From NCBI GenBank assembly GCA_964016885.1, contig OZ024742.1, forward strand, positions 283,960,001 through 284,024,000: a stretch of 64,000 nucleotides of DNA. Direction: 5' to 3'. This DNA comes from Eledone cirrhosa. Its lineage: Eukaryota. The translations under genes were made by a program, and so were the position numbers. The notes beneath the pieces were generated by a model, which was not told the origin of the DNA, did no database searches, and worked only from the letters and a program-made list of their open reading frames with translations. Position 1 is the stretch's first letter. Each line of letters begins with the position of its first letter. Below are positions 52,059-64,000 of this stretch, piece after piece.

Positions 52059-52541
52059 TGTGGAGGGACGGGCAAGCCATGGAGTGGCGAGAGAGATAAT
52101 AAAACCTCTCATATACGTTGCAGTAATTTTTGGCGACGGGATTAGGGTGAGTGACAACTCACGCATGAATGGAAATGGTCAGTGGGCAAATTTGAATGGC
52201 CATACGCTAAGATGACGTCCCGAGTTACCAACCAATCGCATATATAGCGCAAACAGGATAAAGGCAGACGATAGAAAGTCGAAGGGCAGAGTCCAGCAGA
52301 AAGAGGATTTGCTTCGAAATCACTAGACGTATCTAAGGAACTTGCGAATCCAGAGTCAGGTTCGATCCACAAACAGATCGCACCTCGAGCTGTTTGCTGG
52401 AGAAACATTTGTAATACGTAATAAATTTGTGTTCCGATGCATCACTGATTCTTCGTTTTCCATATTATCATACTCTACTCCGAAGGAGCATAGAGTGGTC
52501 AACCGGCATACCCCCTATGGACGCATCCAAGCAACCTTACC

Positions 52542-52544
<3 letters not shown>
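52059..52544 (+). mobile_element. Probable solo LTR
   Basis: TGTGG...CCACA termini; TGACGT, CCAAT and TATATA (~52213-52246) followed by AATAAA (~52420); lies between GT and AT tracts, so no TSD can be resolved. Confidence 0.6.
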
Positions 52545-52617
<73 letters not shown>

Positions 52618-52641
52618 GGGTGGGGGTTATAAAAATTTGGC

Positions 52642-52832
52642 AATTTACTTTGATGTCCCGACTGCAGTTTCGCTGTGTAATTTCAGTTTTGAACGTCCCA
52701 ATAATTTAGGATATTCTCCAATGTGAAATTTCACAGCTCCTCAGGAACTTCTCAATCAAGGAAAAAATTATTTCGAGTGATCCGTAACCAGCGACAATAG
52801 CGAAACTGCTGTCAAGACATCAAAGTAAATTG
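52642..52832. repeat. Short inverted repeat or MITE remnant
   Basis: AATTTACTTTGATGTC..GCAGTTTCGCT versus AGCGAAACTGC..GACATCAAAGTAAATT. Confidence 0.55.
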
Positions 52833-53466
52833 GTATTTTTTTTATTTTATCTTGTTTACTTTTCCTACATATAATTTTATTATAGTCTGACTAATTGATT
52901 TTTTTTTATTAATTCCTTCATTGAGCAAAACTGGTAATAGCTGGACACCTTCATATGTATGTCTCACTGTAGTAGAAAAGTGAATGATAATGATGATGAT
53001 GTGTATTGGTTGTAGATAATTGCGATAAGTAACCAATGTGTACATCTGTTGGAAAGCGAATGTGTTTTATCCGTGGGAAAAGTGATTTCCCCGATCACTA
53101 GGTTTATGGAAGAAGAATGAAAATACCCGCTACTTTTATATGAGATTTATTGTGTAGTATTTCAAGACGGATATACATGAATTAACATGTTGTTATAGCC
53201 AAAAGATATGAACAACAAGCAACGAGGAAATAATTTGTATTGCACGAGGAACGTGTGTGATATATGTTTGAGTAGGATAATAATAATAATAATAATAATT
53301 GTTTCTACTTTAGGCACAAGGCCAGCAATTACCCAGTGCATTACTGGTAATTTATTTTATCGACCCCGTAAGGATGAGAGATTTGAACTCAGATCGTAAA
53401 GGGACGTAACTATGCTGGAAAGCATGGCGTCCGACCCTCCACCGATACTGCCAATCCACCGCCCTT

Positions 53467-53467
<1 letters not shown>

Positions 53468-53507
<40 letters not shown>

Positions 53508-56500
53508 TTTCTTTATTAACCACACGGGTTTACATAAAGTAGACATTAAGGACAGTGCAGGACAATACAGGACGGTACAAATGGGCATTTCTGCGTGTAA
53601 AAAACAAAAACAGAGGATGTAACAAAAAAATAACAATGAAAAATTCCCCAATAGGGGGGAGACTTCGGAGGGACATTTGTGGAGAAAGCCCAGTAAAAGG
53701 CCACAGTGACCCTGACCACCAAGGCAAGTGCCCTCTCCCAGTTTTCCACCTTTAATTTACATATACGTACTCAGAGTAGGCCCATTCACTCGGGCCATTC
53801 TTGCTTCTCTCACCCATCTTTCAACAAAAAGCTGGGAAGAGAGCACTTCCCTCTCTACTCTGATTTTCATTTTCAAATGAAATTTGAAAAAGTCAATCAG
53901 GGCATCACCGAAGAGGTAAGTGCTCGTCTTCAGCCCTTTCAAACGTGTCCACCATACTATCTCTTTCGCCATGGCCACCAGACAGATAAAAACTGCCTGC
54001 CCTTCCCGGCTAAAGGAAGAGGGCGGGGCAATCCTCACGATGGACTCAGATGATAGCCGGATCCGTCCTACACGCGACAGCAGGTGTTCGACATAAACCC
54101 ACAAGTCAGCAATTTTCGGACACTGGACGAGTGCGTGCAGGACGGTTTCGTCGCCCTGCGCGCATCTCGGACATGCCCGGCTGACGGCACCTCCATGCCT
54201 GTAGAGTTTATCCCGAACTGGCAAGGCTCCTCGGTAGTACTGCCAGGCCAGAGATTTCTGGAAGTTGTCCATAGGTCCCGGGCCGAAAGTTCTTCCGGAG
54301 AGATTGGCTAGTTGATTTTCGTCGACGCCTAGAGTTTCCCCAAGTACGTCGTCGCTCTTCCCCTCCACTAATCCTCTATAGAACGCCGAGGTGGAGTTTC
54401 CACCGATCACATTGCCCGATTGGTCGAGGGCTGTGAGCGCCTGAAGACATTCCAGTCTCCAGGCGCTCCCTCTCGGTCTTCGCTTGACCCAGGACTGCAG
54501 CTCCGTCAAGGAAACGAGCTGGGGAAATACGCGTCTAGCAAACGGCGACCACACCTGATCACCGTCGAGGAAGAGGTGGAGATGTCGTAGCCTGAGCGCG
54601 TGCCTGCGCATCATCAGCCACGGCATGCCCAGACCTCCACGTAGCGGGTGTTGACAACAGATGGACCGCCTGACCATCGGAGCACGTCCCTTCCACAAAA
54701 AGCGAAAGAGCAAACGCTCCAGCGCAGTCAGGCGAGGCTTAGGACAAGGTACGACGGTTAGGCGGTAGCAGATGACAGACGCGATGTACGCGTTAGCCAC
54801 CTCCGCTCGACCTTTCAGGGATAGCTTCCTCCCCGCCCATTTCTGGGTGAGAGAAGCCACCCTGCTCGTCACCTCGTCCCAGTTTTTGTCCGTCTGGAGG
54901 TTCGGACCGAACCAGACCCCTAGCAATTTAACCGGTCCGTCCGTCCAGCGTCCGACGACGCTGTTGGACGGCATGGACCTGCCTCACCAGGTGCCGAGCT
55001 GCAGGCCACCGCTCCTCAGCTCACAGAGCTGGGAATTCTCCCGTTCTGTTACCAGTTGCAGTAGACGTCCGCCAAGAGGCCTCCGAATAAGTCTGGCATC
55101 TGTACGTAAAGTTCATAGGGCAGACCATCCAAACCAGGCGATTTACCCCTTGTGCAGCCAGTCATTGCCTCCCGTACTTCAGCGGCTGTTGTCGGATTTT
55201 CGCAACACTCCGCCTCAGTGGCCGAGAGCCGCGGCAGTCCGTCGAGGTAGACACTAAAGTCCATCCCTCGACCCGGCCCACCGCTGCCCCCGAACAGCTG
55301 AGCGAAGTGTCGCTGAAAAGCTTCACACATTCGCCCGGGATCGAGTAGCATGCGCCCGTCGTGGTCCACCAAAGACCTGATCGTGGCTTAGTTGCCACGA
55401 CGCGCCTCCGCCACTCGGGCCCATTGAACGGCTTTCGTCCCCTCGTGTCTGAGAGCACGCACCCTAGCTCTGACAACGCAGCCTTTGTGCTTTGCATTGA
55501 AGAATTGGTCAAGGGCCAATTTCGCCGCAAGCACGTCGGTCGCGATGCCTTTGCTAAGCGCCTCGTCTAATTTTCTAACTAGTTCTCCCTCTGCTCTATT
55601 TTTCTCTATTGCTAAAGCCTTTCTAATCCTAATGGACTCTATTCTAATCGCTCTTTTCAGAGCAAACCACCACTTGTTGTTGACGATAGCCCCCGTCAAC
55701 GCCCGCTTAACTAGTTCGCTAATCCGGTCTCTGTAGGCCTTGCGCGCTGGTAAGGACGCGTTTAGCTTCCAGTAGCCGGGTCCTCGTCTATGAAGCCTAT
55801 CTAAGTCAAGCACATAGATCACGAATTTGTGGTCCGTGTAGCTGACTATCTTGAATTGTGGACAGCCTATGCGAGACCTATCTATTTCCCTACAAAATAC
55901 TCTATCTAGATATGATCTGGATGACCCTATGCGATTTGTCCAAGTCCACATTGGCACATTCGGGAAATCCAATCGGTACCTGTCAGACAGTTCAAAACGC
56001 CTGAGCAGGTTGGTGAGGCTCTTGCACCCTCCTCCCCTATCCGCTAATCCCACACAGTCCCAGTGTGCATCTAAGATCCCGTTCCAGTCGCCCACTAACA
56101 CTAAAGAGCGGGACGTTCCAAGAAAGGTCTCCAGACGCCGGAAGAAATCAGGCCGCCCTGCTCCTGTCGGGGCATAGACGGCCACTAGCCTGAAAGCTTG
56201 CTCGTCTCCGCTGGTCACGTCCAGCACCACCAACTTACCCTCTGGATCCAGGAAGATGGCCCGTATGGCAAAATCCAAACCACTCCGAAAAAGCACAGCA
56301 ACTCCTTCCCCCGATCCAGGACGGCTGGGAGATGCGTACACATCGTAGCCGCCGAAGATCGGTGCGAAGGGCCGTGCTTCGGAGATTCTGGTCTCGCTGA
56401 TGGCCACTACATCTATGTTTAGTGACCTGAGGTCGTTGAGCAGGTGGCCCTGCTTCCATGACGACCCCAAGCCACGTGTATTTATGCTGCCTATTCTGAG

Positions 56501-58903
56501 TGAGGTCATGTTGAAATGGAGTGGAAAAGATGGGAAAGACCACTTACCGTACTTTTCGTAGAGGAAGGATGGTTTCTCCACCCCTTTTCACTTGATCGTC
56601 TGGTGAAGGGACCGTTCAATCGTCCCTTCAGCTGGTCGTCGGCTCTTCTATGAGTATGTCCGAATATACTCTCCGGTTGAGAGTCCCTCCTAGGTCTCTG
56701 AAATCACCAACTGCGTTGGGGAATTTCGTTTTAATGTTTGTGTATTGTTTTTGTGCTATTTTTACCAGTCTTATGTTCGTTGGTGTTTTGATTGGTGCTG
56801 GTATTATGTAGTCGTGCTGTGAAATGTCTGTGTGTTCAATTATGTAAGTCATTAGTTTCTTGTTGTGTGTATTTATTGCCGTGCATTTGTTTTTCTGGGA
56901 GTGGGGTGTTGTTCTGCTATTTTCTTGTCGTTGTTGTTGGGTGTGTGTGTTTTGTTGTTGTGTTTGCGATGTTGGTGCTTGTGGTGGTGGTGTTGAAGGT
57001 GTTGTTGTTGTTGGCGGTGGGGTTGTCGCCGGTGGTGATGGTGATGTTAGTGTGGGTGGTGATGGTGTTGGTGGTGTTGCTGCTGTGAGTCTCTTTGCAG
57101 TAGCCTTTACCCTTTTTTCATTTCTTTCCTCCCTTTTCGAAGGCGACGATGCGCTGCTTCTGCGTTTGTGCCTTCTTGCGACCTTTTGCCATCCCTCTCC
57201 CACCTCACACTCCATGTCTGATTCTGTGAGGTCGGGGAGGGGTACCAGCTCCACTCTTTCACTTGTTGTTGTTGGTGATGTTTGCAGTGGAGTCTCTGTT
57301 GGAGCTGCAGTTGGTATTACTGTTGTTGTTGTTAATACTTCCACTGCTGCTGCTGTTCTTGATTTCCGTGGCGTGGGTATGTGTGTCACGGACCTATCAT
57401 TCCTGGTTGCCGCTTGTACTGTTGCTGGTAGCAGTGGAGCCGGTTTCGGAAGGAGGGGGGTTTTCTCCTTTCTCAGGGTATTCTCGTTGCAGAAGACCCT
57501 GAGGTGAGTCTTCGATCCACAGCGAAAGCATTTCGGGCGTTTACCCTCAACACATATGGGCAGTTGAGTGCCGTTATCGAAGTCTATCACATCCGGGATA
57601 GCTTCGATGCACTCCTGGTTGGTTTGGATTAACATCTCAATGGAGGTGCCGACCCAATCTTCTCTTACTCTTTTCTGTACTTGCAGTACAGTTGTTTTGT
57701 CCTCGATTCCGACGAGGACAGACGCGGCCAGCCAAGAAGGGGCCATCCCGGGGGGACGTGGGTCAGTTTGACCCTCACAATTTTTGGCCTGCAGTAGGAG
57801 GGCACCAACACCATTTCCTCGCTCCTTAGGGTCACTAAGGATTGAGCCTTTGCCTCCTGGGGTGTGGCAAAAAGCACGTCTACGGTGGCATATTTCTTGC
57901 CTCGGGTGATATGCGTTTTCCGCTGCCACACAGACCCTAAGGCTTTTTGTATTTGAGCCTCTGTGGCTCTTTCAACCCTACGGGATTTTGTGCTTACTGT
58001 ACGGTACGTGACCGTACAGTACTGTTGGGTTTCGAAAAATTTTTCGGCTGCCTTGCAGATTGCTCGGTGTCCGGTTTTCGTCACCATCTTCTTCGCTTCC
58101 TCTAATTCCTCATTTGTTATGAGGATGGTTTCCAGGTTCTTTGCGATACCTGCAAACGAGATTGGTTTTTCTTTGCTGCTGTTGTTGTTGTTGTCGTCAG
58201 AGCTGCTGTTACTTTTGTTGTTGCTGCAGGTACTACGACTACTGCCGCCGCCGCTGTTGCTGTGGTTGTTGTTGTTGTTGCTGCTGCTGCTGTTATTGTT
58301 GCTGTTGCTGCTAATGCTGTTGTTGTTTATGCTGCTGCTGATGCTGTTGCGGCTGCTACTGTTGTTTTCCTTGTCACTGTTGCTGCTGCTGCTGTTATTA
58401 CGGCTGCTACTGCTATTATTCATGACGTCAGATGAATGAAATGGGTTTTCATATTTACCACACACCTTTTTCGTCGTTGTCGTCGTCGTGGAGAAATGTT
58501 CCATGCTTTGCACGTGATTTTGGAAGCTATTTTTCTTTACTGGCGTCGCTTGCGAAAGAGAAGGGAGGGAGAGAAACACATTTAGAGAAGGGAGGGAGAG
58601 AGACAATCTTCTCTCTGCTGTAGTGACGATTGAGGAAGAAGAAGACGGAATGAGTGGGAGTGACTTATGAAAATTCTTTTTCGTAGCCATGTTTTATGGG
58701 TTTAAAATAAATATTGGGCACAAAACCCCAATAAGCGTTTATTTAACCCCGAAGGGCCAAATAACGGGCAGAAAGACCCCTCTCACGAGGAGGAGGGTGT
58801 TTTTGTCTACAATTTGGTTAAAGTTTTAAACAATTTACAATTGTTATAGCGGTCAAAATTTACAATACCTTACAGAGCCGAGCCTCTGTCAACCATGGCA
58901 TTC
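53468..58903 (-). mobile_element. Tx1/L1-group LINE copy C (intact termini and EN, RT core deleted)
   Basis: Very close to copy B; ORF1 58690-56628 with one frameshift and CFRCGSKTHLRVFC; EN GSINTRGL, AISETR, VYAP, GDWN, SYLDR, TDH; ~660 bp of RT missing at ~55005; (ATT)n at both ends. Confidence 0.95.
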
Positions 58904-58939
<36 letters not shown>

Positions 58940-59122
58940 TGTTTCTACTTTTGGCACAACGCCAGCAATTACCCAGTATATTACTGGTACTTCATTTTAT
59001 CGACCCCGTAAGGATGAAAGGCAAAGTTGACCTCGGCGGGATTTGAACTCAGAATGGAAAGGGCCGTAATTCTATGCGTCAAAGCATGACGTCCGACCCT
59101 CTACCGATACTGCTAATCCACC

Positions 59123-59181
<59 letters not shown>

Positions 59182-59182
<1 letters not shown>

Positions 59183-60238
59183 GTTCCACAAGAGGAGTGA
59201 TGTCGATAGACTCTACTTAAGGAGATCTGAAGGTGGAAGAGGACTGTGTTCAGATGGAGAAAAACAACCTACACAAATACGTGACTAATAGTAGGGAGCC
59301 AATGCTCAGAATTGTATTGAAGGAGAGGACAATAGACCAGGAGATGTCCAAGGAGGAAATAACAACAAGGAGGAAGAGCAGCCTTCATGAAAAATCCCTT
59401 CATAGTACCGTCTTTGAGAAAACTGAATTTAGAGATACACAGACATGGAACTGGTCGAAAAGAGGAGACCTTAAAAAGGCTACAGAATGAATGTTAATGG
59501 CTGCGCAAGAGCAGGCCCTCAAAACGAAGTGGCTGAAACACCATATTTACAAAGAGGAGGCTAGCCCACTGTGTAGGATATGTGGAGAGAGAGAGGAGAC
59601 TGTGGCTCACATTGTATCCGAGTGTAAACACCTACCCCAGACTCACTATAAAGGCTGGAGACATGATATGATGGGCAGGGTGATCCACTGGCACCTATGC
59701 AAAGTAAACAATTTACCACATTATGAGAAGTGGTATGAGCATAAGCCAGAGTCGGTGGTAGAAAACGATCAGGTGAAGGTGCTGTGGGATTTTAGGATAC
59801 AGACGGACAAGAAACTGGAACACAATAGACCTGACCTGGTAGTTTTTGGACAAGGAAAAAAGATCGTGCCTGATTGTAGATGTCGCCTGCCCATTCGACA
59901 CGAGAGTGCAAGAGAAGGAGAAGGAGAAAATTAACCGATACCAGGACTTAAAGTGGGAGGTAAAAAAGATTTGGAACTGCCATGAAGTCAAAGTGGTCCC
60001 GATTGTCATAGGCGCACTAGGTACTATCTCAAAGAGTTTCCAAGGATGGTTAAAGAAAATTAGTCCCGCCCCGCTTTTTGGAACACTTCAAAAGGCATGC
60101 TTGCTGGGAACAGCAAGAACCCTCCGATACGTCCTGAATATCTGAGGCTGCAGGTAGTGGCTTGATATTCATTTCAACAAACTTTCCAGTTAAATAACAT
60201 CAATGACTGAGTCTCAAAGAACAATAACAATAATAATG
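59182..60238 (+). mobile_element. 5'-truncated Dong/R4-like RLE LINE in (AAT)n
   Basis: LMAAQEQAL, CRICGEREETVAHIVSEC, RHD, HNRPDLVV, IVDVACP, KEKINRY, VPIVIGALG; preceded by a long (AAT)n tract and followed by AAT/AAC repeats. Dong elements are known to target (TAA)n. Confidence 0.9.
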
Positions 60239-60239
60239 A

Positions 60240-63200
60240 AATTATTGTGTACAGTGTTCAGGTGCACTACAACTCATCAAAGGTGCATGTATAGTACATA
60301 GAATAATGTACAAATGTCAGGAAAATGAAAATTTAACGAATCATGAAATACATGTGTGCGTGTGTATAGAGGGGAGACACCAGGTGTCGTGTTGGCGAAT
60401 CTCAGGAAGCATGGAGGTTTTAAAGGATGCAGTGTCTCGACAGCTAACAACTGATGCAGGTAGTTTGTTCTATGCTTTAGCAACTCTGAACGTGAAAAAA
60501 TGTTTCTGAACGTCATGGGAGCTGTGCTGTTTTCTGACTTTGTGGGCATGCCCACGTGTGTTAGACACATGGAAATCAAAAAGGTGCTCAGGGTTGTTGT
60601 TGGCAAGATGGTTAATAATTTTGTGGGTGTTTACCAAGTCAGTTGCCAGACGTCGGAGCCCTCAATGTATCCATGCCCAGGGAAGAAAGGCGTTCAGAGT
60701 ATGGTAGATTCCTGATGGAGGGTATTCGCTTGGGCGCACGTCTCTGAACAGTTTCCAGGAGGTCAATATTCTGAGCAAGATAGGGGTTCCAGACTGGTGA
60801 TACAAATTCTAACTGTGACCGCACCATAGCTATATACAGCTTTAAATAGATAGCTGGAGAGCGGCTGACAAAGGTCTTGCTGAGTGATGCTAAGACACCC
60901 TCGGCCTTCTTGACAATTTTAGAGACGTGCTTTGTCCAACGCAAATCGATGCTGACAGTAATGCCCAGGTCACTTTCACAAAAAGACTTCTTGATATTAG
61001 TGTTGTGGATGGAGTATGTAGACGCTGGGTTTTTACTCCCAAAATGTATGGTGATACACTTGTCCACAGCCAACTTGAGTTGTCAGTCCATGATCCATTG
61101 TTGCATTGTGTCCAGGTCTGATTGCAGGAAAGATCTATAGTGTTCAGGATCTGTCCTTTTTATCTCAAGGTACAGCTTGATGTCATCTACATATTTCAAT
61201 ACTGTGGCATTCTTTAAGTTTGCATCTATGTCATTAATATATGCCACAAACAAAAGGGACCAAGAATAGATTCCTGTCGTACACCAGATGACATCTCATA
61301 CGATGAGGAATGCTGCCCTAAAACCGTGACTACCTCTCTTCAACCAGTTAAAAAGATCATCTTTCACACCCATTGCAGAGAGTTTTGCCATAAGTCTTTT
61401 GTGTGGCACAGAATTGAAAGCTTTAGTAAAGTCAAGGTAAACAACATCCACCCATGAGCCGCCATCAGTGATCCGGGTGATGTCTTCAAGAAACTTGATA
61501 AGTTGATCACAGCAGCTGGAGTTAGGGATAAATCCAAATTGCGAGGGCCGGATAAGACTGTGAGAGTTTCAGAAGTTCAAAAGTGTTTCTCTGACACAGG
61601 ATTCCATCAGTTTGGCAATGCAGCTAGTAAGACTGACTGGACGATAGTTGACAGGTGATGTGTGGTCACCCTTTTTGAACAGAGTGTAGCGACTAGCGTC
61701 ACCTTGCTCGGAGAGAAAAAACTAATTGGAGTTACTTCCCGTTGAATTCTAGAAGATTCCTTTTCTCCCTCCTTTATCGTACCGTTTTTGATGCACTTCA
61801 TTCCTTGTCGCATCCCGGCATAGCTGCCACGGTGAAGCTTATTACGGCTCGATTTTTCTGGCCTAATATGCGTCATTTAGTCACCGGTTGGGCACGTTCT
61901 TGTTTGAAATGTCAGTGCTCTAAGATTTATCGGCATGTCCGCGCTCCTCTTGTGAAATTCAGCCCGCCAGACGCACGTTTCCGTCATATTCACATGGATA
62001 TTGTTGGTCCTTGGCCCGTTAGTCGTGGGTTCACATACATATTGACTTGTATCGATCGTTTCTCTCGGTGGCCTGAAGCCATACCCTTAGTGGACATAAC
62101 AGCAGAGTCCGTTACCCGAGCTTTCATTTCCAATTGGATTTCTCGCTTTGGTGTTCCTACTAAAATAACCACGGATCGTGGACGCCAATTTGAAGCTTCC
62201 TTATTTCGTGAAATATCACGACTCTTGGGTGCTCATCACATTCATACGACCAGCTATCATCCAGCCTCCAATGGAATAGTCGAGAGGTTTCATAGACAGT
62301 TGAAAGCTGCACTTCGCGCTACGTTGGACCGAATTTTTGCCAATCGTGCATCTTGGTTGTCGTTCTGCCATTAAGACAGATTTAGGTTTTTCTTCTGCTG
62401 AACTTCTTTATTGTACCACGTTGTCTCTTCCTGGACAAATGTTAGCACCAGTGGATTCATCACATCTTGACCTAGCATCATATGTCACCAGGATTCGTTC
62501 GTATTTCTCGGATCTTCCACCAATGAACCCTCGTGACCAATCTATTTCTTCTGCTGTCCCATGGGACATCTCTACGTGGACACACATTTTCATACGGAAT
62601 GATTCCGTCAAGGGACCTTTTCGTGTGCTTTCGCACACACCAAAACACTTTACAGTGGCTGTCAATGGTCGAAAAGAGGTAATATCCGTTGACAGAGCAA
62701 AGAAGGCTTTCTCTGAAAGTTTCACATCATTTCCTGACATACCTCGCACATACACTCCTACACCAACACCTTCACCTCCACCGCAAACACCACATACCAC
62801 ACAACCATGTCACACGAAGTGGCAGGACAGTAATATAGCCACGGAAACTCTCAAAAACAATATTCGTCTAACCCCTAGTAGCATTAACTATTTGACTTTG
62901 AACAATTTTGAACTTATTTTGAACACTATTTTCCTTGCTCCCTTGTACTGTTTTGAATTGTATTGTTCCAGTTACATTTTTCTGCATGTTTATTTTCATA
63001 CTTTGCTTCTGTTACAAACCATTGTAATTTATGTACCTTTTGTTTTGCTTGCTCCTTATTCTACGGCTCCTGGCTACAATGACCTTACGGTTATTATCAA
63101 CTATCGTCTGGAGGGGAGCCTTGTAGCGACTAACGCCACCTTGCCCGGGGAGAAAAAACTAATTGGAGTTACTTCCCGTTGAATTCTAGAAGATTCCTTG

Positions 63201-63700
63201 AACTTCCAGTCTAGGGATTATAAAGGAGGGAGAAAAGAGACATCTTAGCTTATTTGGTGACCGGCTCTCGGACAGTTCACTCACGAGCGAGTTTGTTAAC
63301 ATTATTATATCTGTATCGAATTTAATTAGTGGTTGGCCTGCAGTGGCGTTTACCAAAGTAAATAACCCTGTGACCAATTCACTAAAAGAAGAATGACACT
63401 GGCAGTTTTTCACTGCTCTGGAGTAGCACCGTTGTTCAGACAGAATTGAAAGAAGAGTGATAGCTGGTGCAGAAGAAGATACTCACCACGTTTGAGAAGC
63501 AGGTACGTAACACCATCAAGACCAGGAGAGGTATGGTTGCGTTTATTTTTAAGGTGACGTCGCAGTATTGTAGGTGTAAATTCCATAGTTGTAATAGAAT
63601 CCGATGTTAGAGGTGGTGGAGATGGTACACTTTGGTCTTCAAAAGTCAAAAACATAGACTTAGTATGTTTTTAAAAGTTGGTAGAAGTGATTCTGTAGAG
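60240..63700 (-). mobile_element. CR1-group LINE RT (pseudogenised), interrupted by a Gypsy element
   Basis: SPGLDG..ATPEQ*KTASVI | PLFKKGD..NYRPVSLTSC, YLDFTKAF, YVDD, SDLGITV, LEFVSPVWNP, LETVQRRA; the frame resumes across 61684/63387. Confidence 0.88.
61685..63386 (+). mobile_element. Internally deleted Ty3/Gypsy LTR retrotransposon (integrase only)
   Basis: LTR start TGTAGCGACT at 61685 and 63122; polypurine tract GGAGGGGAG before the 3' LTR; integrase HHCC (HSLSH..CLKC) and D-D-E (HMDIVG, TTDRG, VERFH); 4-bp TSD AGAG/AGAA. Confidence 0.92.
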
Positions 63701-63711
63701 GCCACGCTAAA

Positions 63712-63925
63712 GGCCGGTAGAGCCTGTAGCAGTGGAGACTTCCGGCGTTCTTGGCCCCCGAACCACATCTTTACTCACTGCTATCGGAGCGGAGTTGGCT
63801 ACCCACAGGTGAGAGCCCCACGATGTGGAATGGCTGTTCCAGCGCGTCTCCCTCGCCGTCCTCCGGGACTTTGTATGCTCCATCCTATCCGCCGGGACCA
63901 AGAAGCGGAGGGTAAGTTAGTTGGA
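63712..63925 (+). mobile_element. CRE-clade RLE C-terminal fragment
   Basis: VEPVAVETSGVLGPRTTSLLTAIGAEL..DVEWLFQRVSLAVLR, related to 21985-22120. Confidence 0.72.
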
Positions 63926-64000
63926 AGTGGAGGATACTCGTTCGGACATCACACATTTCCTCTTCTCATCCCACTTTCACTACTACTAAGTGTTAAACAG

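Overview
Repeat-dense, AT-rich animal genomic DNA; the repeat inventory (Deu/Nin-type and CORE-type tRNA SINEs, Dong/R4, RTE, Tx1, CRE, Penelope, very long AT/GT/ATGT/AAT tracts) suggests an octopod cephalopod (inference). One spliced host gene can be read on the + strand: 11 GT-AG exons between 16718 and 51315 join in a single open frame (~778 codons) encoding an uncharacterised protein with two similar Rossmann/class-I-methyltransferase-like units. The rest is transposable elements: three near-full-length Tx1/L1-group LINEs plus fragments, two RLE (R4/Dong-like) LINE 3' halves, four CRE-clade 3' ends, RTE pieces and a bipartite non-autonomous RTE family, a CR1-group LINE interrupted by a Gypsy element, Helitrons, MITEs, a solo LTR and about 20 SINE copies. 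Main observations: (1) many outward-facing inverted repeats whose arms carry minimal type-I hammerhead ribozyme motifs (Penelope-type termini), some with arms starting at the predicted cleavage site; (2) the dominant Deu/Nin SINE shares its last ~30 nt and (ATT)n tail with the Tx1 LINE, and both stack into (ATT)n tails; (3) a parallel (ATGT/ACAT)n-associated set of elements; (4) two inverted Tx1 copies with complementary deletions bracket a 1704-nt in-frame exon block. All calls were made by eye; no database search or folding computation was run.
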